Shown here: piece by piece, positions 9,298 to 18,830 of the stretch
Layout of the letters: every line of letters begins with the position of its first letter
Numbering within the stretch: position 1 is the stretch's first letter
Virus record (IMG/VR): IMGVR_UViG_3300050120_000169
Coordinates: 1 to 64,000 of that record
DNA length: 64,000 nt
Strand: one strand, 5' to 3'
Source: a virus
Program-made: the position numbers and the translations under genes
Notes under the pieces: generated by a model
The model's input: only the letters and a program-made list of their open reading frames with translations
What the model was told of the DNA's origin: nothing
The model's database searches: none

Positions 9298-12281
9298 CCA
9301 TCCGAGAAGAAATGCAGAAGTGGCTGGACAGCCAGAAGCTTAAAGCCGAGCGCGATGCTTGGATGCGATCTAACACCCGGACTGATTCGGATTCAGAGGG
9401 GCGGTGGGTAACCATCAATAACACCCATGTATTGATTGGCAAGGACGGTCGAATTAAGAGTGGGGCTGAAGGGAAGTTCAACGGTCAAACCGAAGCGCAA
9501 ATGAGTAAAGGTGAAGAAGCCAAGGGCGGGGGTAAGGACGCCCCGACCGAACCCGTAACAGTTCAAAAGGCTGGTCCCGATACGGGGAATAAAAAGATTC
9601 CGGCACCTCCTGGCAAGGAGGAAGGCAAGTCAGGGGCGCAAGAAGAACCCCCGATTGCTGATGATCTGGGCGATCTGAATAAACAGTTGACGGAAGCTCA
9701 ATCTGATTTGGCGGTAAAAAGAAAGGAATTGCAAAAAGCCGGAGAGGGTGGAAAAGCAAAAACCACCGCCCAGGTGAGTGCCGTAGTTGAAGGCAACAAG
9801 GCGGTTGCGGCTGCTCTGGCGAAAGTAGATAGGATCAAGACACGACTGAAAACTGCTGCCCAGGTGTCGGAAGCCATGCCGACTGCCAATCCCCAAAACG
9901 AGATCAACAAACAGAAGCAGGAAGCGCAGGAAAGTGGGAAGCAGGAACAAGATTTCCAGACTCAGCAGGAAAAGGACAAGCGCGAACACGAGTTGAAAAA
10001 AGAGGAAATGAAGTCCGCTGCTGGCAAGGAGTCTGCTCCAGGCCCGACCACGACCACCGAAAAGACGACGGAGAAAGTGGCCGCGAATGGGGGGAAGACC
10101 GTTACCAAGGAAGCGAAGACTGAAACCGCTCCTGCCCCGGCTGAGAAGAAATCAGCGGAGAAACCTGCTGAAAAACCGGCGGAAAAGAAGGAAGAACCGG
10201 CTGCGGAAGATAAGGACCGACCAAAACGGTGGGACGGTACTCCGAATCCCCCCGGGGCATTGGAGACGGACCCGCCAGAAGAACGTGAAGCCTATTTAAA
10301 GAAGGAATTGGCTGAGACCGACGCGGAGTACAAGAAGTTGAAAGCGGCCTCGCCAGTCGATTGGAAAGCCATACACAAAACTAGTGATTACGAGCAAAGT
10401 TTAAAGGTGTCGTTAAAACGGCATCAGGACAAACAAGCGGAAGATGCGGCTGTGGCTAAAGACCCGTCAACCATTACTGCGGCAGAGAAATCGGCTGTCA
10501 AGGTGTATTCGTCTGCCAGCTATGAGTCCATAAACAAGCAATTGCGCTCTGGGAAAGAAGAAGCTGGGGGGATGTATAACCACGAGATAGGCGTACTCGA
10601 TGCTGCGTTGAATAAAAAGACGCTACCCACTGGCACGAAGTTGAAGCGCTATATTGACGCGGCTGGGATTAAGCAGCTATTCGGCGGCGAACCCAAGGTA
10701 GGCTCGGTGGGTACGGACAAGGCATTCATGTCCACTTCAGATTCTAAGACCTGGGAAAAGAATGAGCACCAGTTAGTGATGGAAACTCCGGCTGGACAGA
10801 AAGGGTTGAAGCTGGGCAACTTGAGTAAATACGAAGAAGAGGGCGAAGTCCTGCTGCCTCGCGGTACTTCGTTGAAAGTCACGAGCATCGGCACCAGCAA
10901 GGGTAAGAAATTGATTAAGTGTGAAATTGTGCAGAATGGAGACACCAAGGCAGATTCTGTGCCGGGAACCGCTCGTGACGCGCAAGAGCAATGCACCCGC
11001 CTTACGCCCATGGAGTATGTACAGGCAATGATGGCCCGCTGCCACGGCGCGGGGCTATCGGCTACCCGCATCATGATGGCGAAGAAGGCATTTCTGGAAA
11101 CACACGGGGAAACGCCGCAAACTATCGAGGAATACAGTGCGGGCATCGGCCAGCGATTCTTGCTGGCGCTGCTCAATGAATTCGGCATTCCTTCGATTGA
11201 AGAAACCGTTGACTGGTTTAACCGTACAGAAGCGCGGGCGGATGCTGGGGTCGTGCAATTGGCGGTGCCTGTTGGGGAGAAAATTGCCGCTGGTGTGTTG
11301 TTTATCACTGACAGTGGTTATATCCTCTTGGGCCAACGCGCAGAACCGGGGGAGTACCAGGGTCACTGGGGCATTTTTGGTGGACACGCGGAACCGGGCG
11401 AACCGCTTGAACTCACGGCTATGCGTGAAGTGCTGGAAGAAACAGGCCATGAAATTGAACAGAGTCAGATAGAGGGCGAGGCACCGCCGTTGCAATTGAT
11501 TGCGGAAACCGAACTAGACGGTACGAAGTTCTCGTATTTCATCAACGTGTGTAAGCCCTTCGAAGTGCGGTTAAACGACGAACACACGACCTATGGCTGG
11601 TTTGCTATGGGGGCGATGCCAGAGCCGTTGATTCCCGGTTTGCAGGAAGTAATCGACAGCGATTTGGTTAAAGGCCTGCGGCTGCGCAAGATGAATGAAA
11701 CGGATGTGGCGCGGGCGATGGCCTGGGGTGCGTTGCCCTCACCTATGAAGTTTGCGAATGTCAGCATGTACAAGATGCGGATTACTGGCACGGGCGCGGC
11801 ATTTCGTAGTGGTCAGCCAGAAATCAAGAATGCTGATGGCAAGGTTACGCAGGTAGCACTCAAAGACGAGCATTGTTTCCGCCCGCCCGAGCACTATCTT
11901 AATGAGGACTTTCTTGAGCGCTGCCAGGGCTTGAACCTGATTTTTGAACATCCGAAGAAACGAATTTTGAATTCCAAGGAGTTCAATGATCGGAAAGTTG
12001 GGAACATAGTACAGCCCTATATTTGGGGCGATGAGGTGTGGGGTATCGGCAAGGTGTACGACCAAGACACCATCGATATCCTAGATCATGAGGTGATGAG
12101 CACCAGCCCTGCTGTGCAATTTGGCGACAATGACGGGAATACGATCATCCCCCTCAGTGACGGGTCGCAAATGTTGATTGAGGGTAAGGCCCGCCTGCTC
12201 GACCACTTGGCTATCTGCGAGCAGGGGGTCTGGGATAAGGGCGGGCCGCCTACCGGAATTATTTCCGAAAGTGCGAAATAG
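9294..12281 (+). CDS. Multidomain head protein: ADP-ribosyltransferase + Nudix hydrolase + DUF2213-like prohead protease
   Basis: ART: YESINKQLR, LKR, FMSTS, EGEVLLPRGT; Nudix box GGHAEPGEPLELTAMREVLEETG; protease: RITGTG, RPPE.YL, EHP, STSPAV, LDHLAICEQGVWDKGG. Confidence 0.85.
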   Translation: MTIREEMQKWLDSQKLKAERDAWMRSNTRTDSDSEGRWVTINNTHVLIGKDGRIKSGAEGKFNGQTEAQMSKGEEAKGGGKDAPTEPVTVQKAGPDTGNKKIPAPPGKEEGKSGAQEEPPIADDLGDLNKQLTEAQSDLAVKRKELQKAGEGGKAKTTAQVSAVVEGNKAVAAALAKVDRIKTRLKTAAQVSEAMPTANPQNEINKQKQEAQESGKQEQDFQTQQEKDKREHELKKEEMKSAAGKESAPGPTTTTEKTTEKVAANGGKTVTKEAKTETAPAPAEKKSAEKPAEKPAEKKEEPAAEDKDRPKRWDGTPNPPGALETDPPEEREAYLKKELAETDAEYKKLKAASPVDWKAIHKTSDYEQSLKVSLKRHQDKQAEDAAVAKDPSTITAAEKSAVKVYSSASYESINKQLRSGKEEAGGMYNHEIGVLDAALNKKTLPTGTKLKRYIDAAGIKQLFGGEPKVGSVGTDKAFMSTSDSKTWEKNEHQLVMETPAGQKGLKLGNLSKYEEEGEVLLPRGTSLKVTSIGTSKGKKLIKCEIVQNGDTKADSVPGTARDAQEQCTRLTPMEYVQAMMARCHGAGLSATRIMMAKKAFLETHGETPQTIEEYSAGIGQRFLLALLNEFGIPSIEETVDWFNRTEARADAGVVQLAVPVGEKIAAGVLFITDSGYILLGQRAEPGEYQGHWGIFGGHAEPGEPLELTAMREVLEETGHEIEQSQIEGEAPPLQLIAETELDGTKFSYFINVCKPFEVRLNDEHTTYGWFAMGAMPEPLIPGLQEVIDSDLVKGLRLRKMNETDVARAMAWGALPSPMKFANVSMYKMRITGTGAAFRSGQPEIKNADGKVTQVALKDEHCFRPPEHYLNEDFLERCQGLNLIFEHPKKRILNSKEFNDRKVGNIVQPYIWGDEVWGIGKVYDQDTIDILDHEVMSTSPAVQFGDNDGNTIIPLSDGSQMLIEGKARLLDHLAICEQGVWDKGGPPTGIISESAK
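11490..11505. repeat. Dispersed palindrome copy 3
   Basis: TTGCAATTGATTGCGG, in CDS. Confidence 0.9.
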
Positions 12282-12373
12282 CACATTGATAAAGATTCAC
12301 AGAAAGACTTTGTATCTGTAGACTCTCAAATTAACAAGCAACTGATTCACTCATTCATATTGGAGTAGCAGCC

Positions 12374-13249
12374 ATGACTGAAGCCGAACTCAAAGCAAAG
12401 GCAGACGCAGAAGAAAAAGCGCGTGCTGATGCTGAAGCCCCAGGCTGGGCCAAGAACCTCAGCGCCAAGATGGACGCTTGTATGACCAAGATGGACGCCG
12501 CTGGCATGGGCAGTATCATCAAGGTTGATTCCGAAAAGGAAGAAGCCGAAAAGGTCGCCGCTGACAAGAAGAAGGCCGACGAAGAAAAAGCCAAGGCTGA
12601 TGCGGCTAAGGCTGACGCCGACAAGGAAGCGGAAGAAAAAGCCAAGGCCGACAAAGCCAAGGCTGACGCTGAAGAAGAAGAAAAGAAGAAGGCCGACAAA
12701 ATGAAAGCCGACGAAGACAAGAAGGAAGAAGAAGCTCGTGCCGACTCGGTTCGCAAGGCCGTCGAAGCAGCTACTGCGCCCTTCAAGACCCTGATCGAAG
12801 AACAGAACAAGAAGCTTGCCGCCCTGACCGGCGCGGTGCATATTTCTGATGCTGACGAACTTTCGTTGGCTCAGATCCAAGCACGCGCAGACGAAGTGGC
12901 GAACTTGTTTGGCGAACGTGCTCCGAAGCACATGGCTGGCGAAACCCCGATTGCGTACCGCCGCCGTATGGCAGACAAGTACAAAGTTCATAGCCCGGAC
13001 TGGAAAGACCGTGATATGTCGATTGTGCCTGATGCGATGCTAGACGTGGCTGAAAAAGCCATTTACGCCGATGCGTCGAAGAAAGGCCTGGACCCGGCAG
13101 AAGCTCCCGCAGGCGTGTTGTCCGCGCATGTGACGAAGGACCGCACTGGGCGCGAAATTACCGAGTTCCGTGGCAGCAAGCGCGTATGGATGAGCCAGTT
13201 TATTTCGGCTCCCCAGGAACTTGTCAAATTCAACACGAACCGGGAGTAA
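12374..13249 (+). CDS. Capsid scaffolding protein
   Basis: Charged KADA-repeat coiled coil; GET.IAYRRR, IYADA, DRTGREITEF; between protease and capsid genes. Confidence 0.7.
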   Translation: MTEAELKAKADAEEKARADAEAPGWAKNLSAKMDACMTKMDAAGMGSIIKVDSEKEEAEKVAADKKKADEEKAKADAAKADADKEAEEKAKADKAKADAEEEEKKKADKMKADEDKKEEEARADSVRKAVEAATAPFKTLIEEQNKKLAALTGAVHISDADELSLAQIQARADEVANLFGERAPKHMAGETPIAYRRRMADKYKVHSPDWKDRDMSIVPDAMLDVAEKAIYADASKKGLDPAEAPAGVLSAHVTKDRTGREITEFRGSKRVWMSQFISAPQELVKFNTNRE

Positions 13250-13255
13250 TGAGTC

Positions 13256-14152
13256 ATGGCCTCAAATGCATCTTGGAACCCGTTTGTGACGACCAACGTT
13301 GCCGGATCGTTCTCGATCCAGTCCGAAGGTTTTGTCCAAGGCGTGGCGCTTGACGACCCGACTGTACGGTTTGCCCTCGCTGGTGGCCCGCTGGCTGGTA
13401 CTGAAACCCTCCCGATGTGGGGCGGCGTGGCGATTTCAGAATTCATTCCAGCTTCGGCAGCTTCGGGTGCCTTCGCAGGTCTGGGTTCACAGATCGCACG
13501 CGCTACCGCAATCGGTGGCGGCAACCCGATCAGCGGCTTCTCGGTCTTGAACCAAGCAAGCTCGTGGGTGACTTCGCCGCAAAGCGAATGCCCGAGTGCG
13601 TCGGCTTATCAGACGATTCCGTACTACCGCCTCGGCAGTGGTGCTCGTATCGCGCTGGCAATCGACCCCTCGCTGGTTTCGCTTGACGGCGGCCTGACCT
13701 CACAGCAAGTTTCGTGGGACTACAACGCTCAATGCTTGGCCCCGTATGTTGCAAGCGGCGGCACGGTTGCCGTGACTTCGGTTACGGGAGCTTACGCAGC
13801 AGGCGTGTGGACTTTCGTGGTGGTAGCAGGTGCAGCAACTCAAGTCGGCGCGGTCGGTGACTACATCACTTTCAGCGGCATTACCGGCACGGGTGCCAAC
13901 TACCTGAATTCTACGCACGTAGTTTCAGCCTACACTGACAACGAACACTTCAGCTTCCAAGTTTCCGGTGGCTCAACCCTGTTCTCGTCTGGTGCTCAGT
14001 CAGGCACGATTCTCGTGCAACAAGGTGTGGGCGCGCTGGCGGTCAAGATCCTGAAGCTGAATATCGGCAACAGTAAGGTCGTGACGTACGACGCCGTTAA
14101 TAACCTCGTCCACTGGACGAACAATGGCTCTACGGCCATTGCGTTGATCTAA
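13256..14152 (+). CDS. Head decoration/cement-like protein
   Basis: G.VQGVALDDP, ETLPMWGGV, YYRLGSGARI, VSWD; just upstream of the major capsid gene. Confidence 0.65.
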   Translation: MASNASWNPFVTTNVAGSFSIQSEGFVQGVALDDPTVRFALAGGPLAGTETLPMWGGVAISEFIPASAASGAFAGLGSQIARATAIGGGNPISGFSVLNQASSWVTSPQSECPSASAYQTIPYYRLGSGARIALAIDPSLVSLDGGLTSQQVSWDYNAQCLAPYVASGGTVAVTSVTGAYAAGVWTFVVVAGAATQVGAVGDYITFSGITGTGANYLNSTHVVSAYTDNEHFSFQVSGGSTLFSSGAQSGTILVQQGVGALAVKILKLNIGNSKVVTYDAVNNLVHWTNNGSTAIALI

Positions 14153-14162
14153 GGAGTCGGTC

Positions 14163-15182
14163 ATGGCCGGTGTAACCCCCTCATATGTCCAGCTTCACCC
14201 GTCGTACATGATGCCGGAGTTTATTCTCCAGTATCAGCAAGCGAGTGGAGCATTCGAGACCCTGCAAGGCGGTGAGCCTCTCACTCGCCTGGGCACCGGT
14301 GACCTCGTTGCGTATATCAAGGCATTCGATATTCGTACCGATATCGCTGCGGGTAACAGCGCGTACAACCAACTGCCGTCTGTGTCGATCACGCCGCGTA
14401 TGATCAGCACCGCCTCGTACCTGCTTCGGGTGCGTGCGGAGTATGACCATCACGACTTGGCGGCCTTCGGTAACTGGGGCGCTTCTCTGGTGGACGCCCA
14501 GCGCTTGGGTACTCGCCAAGGTATCTTCCAGCAAATGCGTTCGGCGCTGCTCTACGGAATTACGCCCACCAACGGCGAAGGTCTGTTGAATGCGCAGGGT
14601 GCAACTGCTGTGACTCTGCCTGCCGACAGCAACGGTCAAGACAGCATCAGCACTTACGATAACGGTCAGCTTGCAATTTTCTTCCTGACCCAACTCGGCG
14701 CGCTGAAGACCCGTACGTTGCAGATCGGTCAGCCGACCCAGATCACGTTCCTGGCACCGCAGCGAGTGATTTCGCAAATGACCTACGCGGGTGTCGTGCA
14801 ACTGGTCCAGTATCAACGTGTTGGTGCTGGTACGAACAGCACTGCTGGGATGCTCGCTGATGTAGCCGCTGTACAGGGCGACAAGGTGATTTTCCAGTGC
14901 GACGATACGCTGATCGGCCAAGGTGCAGGCGGTACGGATGCGATCATCATGACCACGCCGGAAGTCAAGAAGCCGGTCGGTAGCCCGATCAACACCAACG
15001 AGTTCGCACGACTCGCCCCGGGCCTCGAAGCTTGCAACATTCAGCTTTGCGACATGGACGCGCCTCGTGAAATCCCGACCCCGTTGGCCGGTGGTGCAAT
15101 CGATGTGTTGAGCGAGTTGCGGATCACCAGCGGCTGGTCGCTGCGTCCCGAAGCTCTGACGATCATCAGCGCACCGTTCTAA
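14163..15182 (+). CDS. Major capsid protein
   Basis: 339 aa; position after scaffold/decoration; GLLN and C-terminal TSGWSLRPEA; followed by a terminator. Confidence 0.8.
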   Translation: MAGVTPSYVQLHPSYMMPEFILQYQQASGAFETLQGGEPLTRLGTGDLVAYIKAFDIRTDIAAGNSAYNQLPSVSITPRMISTASYLLRVRAEYDHHDLAAFGNWGASLVDAQRLGTRQGIFQQMRSALLYGITPTNGEGLLNAQGATAVTLPADSNGQDSISTYDNGQLAIFFLTQLGALKTRTLQIGQPTQITFLAPQRVISQMTYAGVVQLVQYQRVGAGTNSTAGMLADVAAVQGDKVIFQCDDTLIGQGAGGTDAIIMTTPEVKKPVGSPINTNEFARLAPGLEACNIQLCDMDAPREIPTPLAGGAIDVLSELRITSGWSLRPEALTIISAPF

Positions 15183-15207
15183 TCGACCAGAAGTAGCTGT
15201 ACAATAG

Positions 15208-15245
15208 AAAAGCCCGGTTCCCGTTAATGGGCGTCGGGCTTTTTT
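15208..15245 (+). terminator. Rho-independent terminator after major capsid gene
   Basis: AGCCCG...CGGGCT stem followed by a T run. Confidence 0.65.
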
Positions 15246-15287
15246 CTTAAAGCAGCCATACATTTACACACAGACGGAGTACATAAA

Positions 15288-15821
15288 ATGACCAAGCTCT
15301 ACGTAGCCAACTGCTCGAAGTTCGTTCAAGATTTCTTGTTCAAACTGCCTGGGCAAACCCAGATTAACGCTTACCGGGCGACGATTCCCATCGGTGGGCA
15401 GACGTTGATCATGAATCGTGATATCGACATGAAAACGGCCATGCACATCGTGCAGCAGCATGAAAAGTACGGCCTGATTTCCGTACAGGATTTGGATCGC
15501 ACGAAGTCCTATTTCGGCTTGTGCTATCGGCTCGATGAAGAAATTGAAGTCGAGCAAATCATGCTGGGCATAGCCCACAACGAAGAAGTGAAAGATATCC
15601 TCGCCCATGAGAACCGCAAGCGCATGGCTGTGGCGCTGTCGGACGGGATTGACAAAATGATGCAAGGCAGTGAAGCCCACCTTCAAGGGCTGGAAATGGA
15701 GCTTACCGAACTGCCGAAAGCCGGGGATAACGCACCGCGCAAGACCGAGGCTATTCAGGTGGCAAAGCCCGGTAGCAAGGCTGCTCAACGTGGTGCCGAG
15801 AAGGCATTCCAAGCGCGGTAA
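15288..15821 (+). CDS. Hypothetical head-module protein
   Basis: ORF with GGAG RBS; MTKLYVANC N-terminus. Confidence 0.6.
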   Translation: MTKLYVANCSKFVQDFLFKLPGQTQINAYRATIPIGGQTLIMNRDIDMKTAMHIVQQHEKYGLISVQDLDRTKSYFGLCYRLDEEIEVEQIMLGIAHNEEVKDILAHENRKRMAVALSDGIDKMMQGSEAHLQGLEMELTELPKAGDNAPRKTEAIQVAKPGSKAAQRGAEKAFQAR

Positions 15822-15836
15822 TCATCGGGGGTCAAC

Positions 15837-16292
15837 ATGGCTTATCCGTACGGTTGTGCAAATATGACGGACTTCCAGTATTTCATCTACTCGGTGATGC
15901 TGATTCCCGTTGCGTACTTGCCCACCACTAGCCCGACGATTGCCGAGGCTTTTGCGGTATCGCAATGCACTGTTGACCCATTTATTCGGCAAGCTAGTCC
16001 CGTCTATTACAACTTGGCGTTCTATAACTTTGGTGGTGATTACATCATCAATAATGCGGTAGACGTTGAGTGTGATGCGTATTTTGAAAACCTGCGCAAG
16101 AAGTGGAATATTAATGGTTTCGTGGCCGGGGTGGTTCAATCCACTTCTGACATGAGTACCAGCACGTCGTTGAAGGTGCCAGAGGTGTACGACAACCTCA
16201 GCCCATTCGACTTGCAGCTAAACAAGACGCCGTACGGGCGACAGTATATGGCGATTGCCAGCAAATTCAGCGACATCTGGGGTATCAGCTAA
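15837..16292 (+). CDS. Head-tail adaptor (DUF4054-like)
   Basis: AGVVQSTSD..TS, KTPYGRQY motif. Confidence 0.7.
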   Translation: MAYPYGCANMTDFQYFIYSVMLIPVAYLPTTSPTIAEAFAVSQCTVDPFIRQASPVYYNLAFYNFGGDYIINNAVDVECDAYFENLRKKWNINGFVAGVVQSTSDMSTSTSLKVPEVYDNLSPFDLQLNKTPYGRQYMAIASKFSDIWGIS

Positions 16293-16507
16293 TGGAAGTT
16301 TTTACGCAAAAGGCCCGCCTGGATTTGGTGGAGGCCTTGGGCCTGGACCCGAAAAGTATTCAGAGCATCAATATTCAACTCGATGGTCAGCAAACGCCGA
16401 CCGTCACGATTGTGAAATACATTACTGATGACCAGATGAAGGTACTAGGCCAGATGCTCCAGGGCTTTGAACTGGTCGAGAAGTGGGCAATTCCGCTGGA
16501 GCAATGA
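16292..16507 (+). CDS. Hypothetical protein
   Basis: Translationally coupled ORF. Confidence 0.5.
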   Translation: MEVFTQKARLDLVEALGLDPKSIQSINIQLDGQQTPTVTIVKYITDDQMKVLGQMLQGFELVEKWAIPLEQ

Positions 16508-16508
16508 C

Positions 16509-17012
16509 GTGATTCTGGTACTTGGTATCATCGATATCCCATACGCGCAAGCTGGGTCAGCGATGAAGAAGGTCAAGAAGGCTCCTAAGGGTAAGGCAAC
16601 GGCTAAGGCCGCCAAACCCAAGAAGGCTCCTGCCCAACGCGAGGAAACCACGGGTGAAGTAGCTTCGGCGCTGGAAGAAAAGTATCAGATCATGCAGCAT
16701 TTCTTTGACGAGTATGAAGGTGTGTTCATGTACGACCTGATTGAGGATCTTGAAAAGCAGATTTTCAACTTGAATAACGGATCTCCCGTATTTGAAGGTG
16801 GCCCGTTCAAGAGTGGGTTGGAAAAGATGAAGGTATTGTTTGTCCAGTTTTTGGATGATCGGGAAATCGAACATCTGGGCATCCCTGGGGTGCCAACCAA
16901 GGCCGCGCTCGACGGAGTGCAGTCGAAGTTCAAGTTATTTAAGGGCGAACGCCGCGCCAGTTTTATCGATACGGGGCTGTACCAACAGTCGTTCAAGGCC
17001 TGGACTGAGTAG
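16509..17012 (+). CDS. Putative neck/tail completion protein
   Basis: L.LGIIDIPY N-terminus, GVPTKAA, R.SFIDTGLYQ.SF; probable GTG start at 16509 within ORF 16467..17012. Confidence 0.6.
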   Translation: MILVLGIIDIPYAQAGSAMKKVKKAPKGKATAKAAKPKKAPAQREETTGEVASALEEKYQIMQHFFDEYEGVFMYDLIEDLEKQIFNLNNGSPVFEGGPFKSGLEKMKVLFVQFLDDREIEHLGIPGVPTKAALDGVQSKFKLFKGERRASFIDTGLYQQSFKAWTE

Positions 17013-17018
17013 CACAGC

Positions 17019-17034
17019 GCGCAATCAATTGCGG
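17019..17034. repeat. Dispersed palindrome copy 4
   Basis: GCGCAATCAATTGCGG, intergenic. Confidence 0.9.
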
Positions 17035-17044
17035 AAGAACTGAC

Positions 17045-18073
17045 ATGCCGGGATCAATCGCTGAGTCGTATGAAAGCCAAGGGCCGCTGAATGCACCACT
17101 TCAGCAGGGCCTGGAGACGATTTCCCAGGACCAGGAGATATTGTTCACCCAGTACGTGAAGCTGATCCTACCGCTGGATGGTTATGTGTTTTGGGTGCGG
17201 TCTGATCTGGTGGGGGCGGCTGCGCTGTGCAACTGCTATAACTGCTCGAATCAGCAGGTTACCCCGACTACGCCCTATGTGAATCCTACCCAGGCCGTGC
17301 TTGGGCCGCCTGGACCCTACCTGAAAGTACAAGGATCTCTGCACTACAGTACGTCTGTACGGCAGTCCGAAGATGAGACGATGGCCGTGAATAGTGTTAT
17401 CTTCACCGCCCAGTCGGAAGTCAACGATTTCAACTTGATTGGCCCGACCGTGATGTACATCGGGACGTTTGAAGGCCGCAGATTCGCCTTCAGCAAGCGC
17501 GATGCTTGGTACAAGCAAGCTGGCCTTTATCACTACCAGGGCGACGCCGTGTACCCGGCCCTGGCGAGTCAGCTAGTTGATGATGTAAGTGCGTTTGACA
17601 CCACAAACGTAATCGTTAGCAATAGCTTACCGATCTGGCTGGCGCTAAATCAGTTCATGCCTATGTATCCGAGCTTTTTGGTGGAGGAAAACATACCACC
17701 GCCCTATGCCTCAGTGCATATTCCCCCCGACAGTACGACCGCTGTAGCCGCAAGGCCTGCGTGGGGCCACACAGGAACCCATAGCCAGCTAGTGAAAGAA
17801 AAGGTTAAGATCACGGTGTACGGTTTGCGCAACTTCAGTGCGCTGGATTTTCAAGATTACGTTTTTCAAAACAGTCTTGATAACCCGACGGTCTGGGGGT
17901 TGATGAACATGCCGGTGATGCAGGATGAGAAGCGGATCCAGTCAGAACTGACCGTGATTGCGCAGAAGAAGTCTTTCGAAATGGAAGTGAATTACTACCA
18001 GATTCGAGTCCGAGACATCGCAAGGCAGTTGATCCAAGGAGCAGTACCAGATATTTATCTTGAACCCCTGTAA
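17045..18073 (+). CDS. Putative head-closure/tail-terminator protein
   Basis: LPLDGYVFWV, GSLHY, SNSLPIWL, PPYASVHI; neck position before sheath. Confidence 0.6.
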   Translation: MPGSIAESYESQGPLNAPLQQGLETISQDQEILFTQYVKLILPLDGYVFWVRSDLVGAAALCNCYNCSNQQVTPTTPYVNPTQAVLGPPGPYLKVQGSLHYSTSVRQSEDETMAVNSVIFTAQSEVNDFNLIGPTVMYIGTFEGRRFAFSKRDAWYKQAGLYHYQGDAVYPALASQLVDDVSAFDTTNVIVSNSLPIWLALNQFMPMYPSFLVEENIPPPYASVHIPPDSTTAVAARPAWGHTGTHSQLVKEKVKITVYGLRNFSALDFQDYVFQNSLDNPTVWGLMNMPVMQDEKRIQSELTVIAQKKSFEMEVNYYQIRVRDIARQLIQGAVPDIYLEPL

Positions 18074-18104
18074 GGGGATTTGCTAACCAAGTAGGGAGTT
18101 CAAA

Positions 18105-18431
18105 ATGTCACAAGGTCCGTTGGGTGTAAGCATCACCAATGTCGAAGGCAGCAACTCCAAGCTGAATTTGACTGCCGGTGCCACGCTGGTGAAGCCGCAA
18201 CCGGGTCGCATCCTGTCGCTCGTTATCAATACTCCTGGGTCGACCACGACCACCCCGAGTGTTGTTATGTACGACTCGGCTACGACCGCAGGTACGGCTA
18301 CTGCAAACATTGTCTATGCCAGCCCTGACAACGTGGCGGCAGGTACGGTGATTCCGGTGAATTTTCCGGTCCAGAATGGGCTTGTCGTCGTGCCAGAAAC
18401 CGGGTGCGTTTGCTCCCTTTCGTACAACTAA
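18105..18431 (+). CDS. Small structural protein, paralog 1
   Basis: Shares VK.QPG, YDSATTAGTA.AN.VYAS, FP.QNG with the next gene. Confidence 0.6.
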   Translation: MSQGPLGVSITNVEGSNSKLNLTAGATLVKPQPGRILSLVINTPGSTTTTPSVVMYDSATTAGTATANIVYASPDNVAAGTVIPVNFPVQNGLVVVPETGCVCSLSYN

Positions 18432-18469
18432 GAGCCGGTGGCTCATTTTTAACGCATTAGGAGTTTAAA

Positions 18470-18787
18470 ATGCCACAAGGTCAAATTGCATTGGCAAACA
18501 CCCCGAGCAACGGCTCGAAGTCTGCCCTTGGTCTTACGGATGCAGCAGTTAATCTGGTGAAGTCACAACCGGGTAAGGTGCTGCAAGCAAATGTGGTTGT
18601 TGCCCTGGCTGGCGCGTTGTCGATTTATGACAGTGCGACTACCGCAGGCACCGCCGCAGCAAATCTGGTGTACGCCAGTAGCACGACTGTGGCGATTGGC
18701 ACGATCATTGAACTGGATTTCCCGATGCAGAACGGCATTGTCGCCGTGCTCGGAAGCACCGGTCAAGTCGCGCTGTCATACGTCTAA
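18470..18787 (+). CDS. Small structural protein, paralog 2
   Basis: Tandem paralog of 18105..18431. Confidence 0.6.
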   Translation: MPQGQIALANTPSNGSKSALGLTDAAVNLVKSQPGKVLQANVVVALAGALSIYDSATTAGTAAANLVYASSTTVAIGTIIELDFPMQNGIVAVLGSTGQVALSYV

Positions 18788-18830
18788 GCACGGTGTGAGA
18801 AATAACGTCTAACCTCTAAGGGATTCGGCC

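Noticed and set aside
12540-12760. DNA tandem repeats in the scaffold gene
   Set aside because: Explained by KADA/EEK low-complexity protein repeats.
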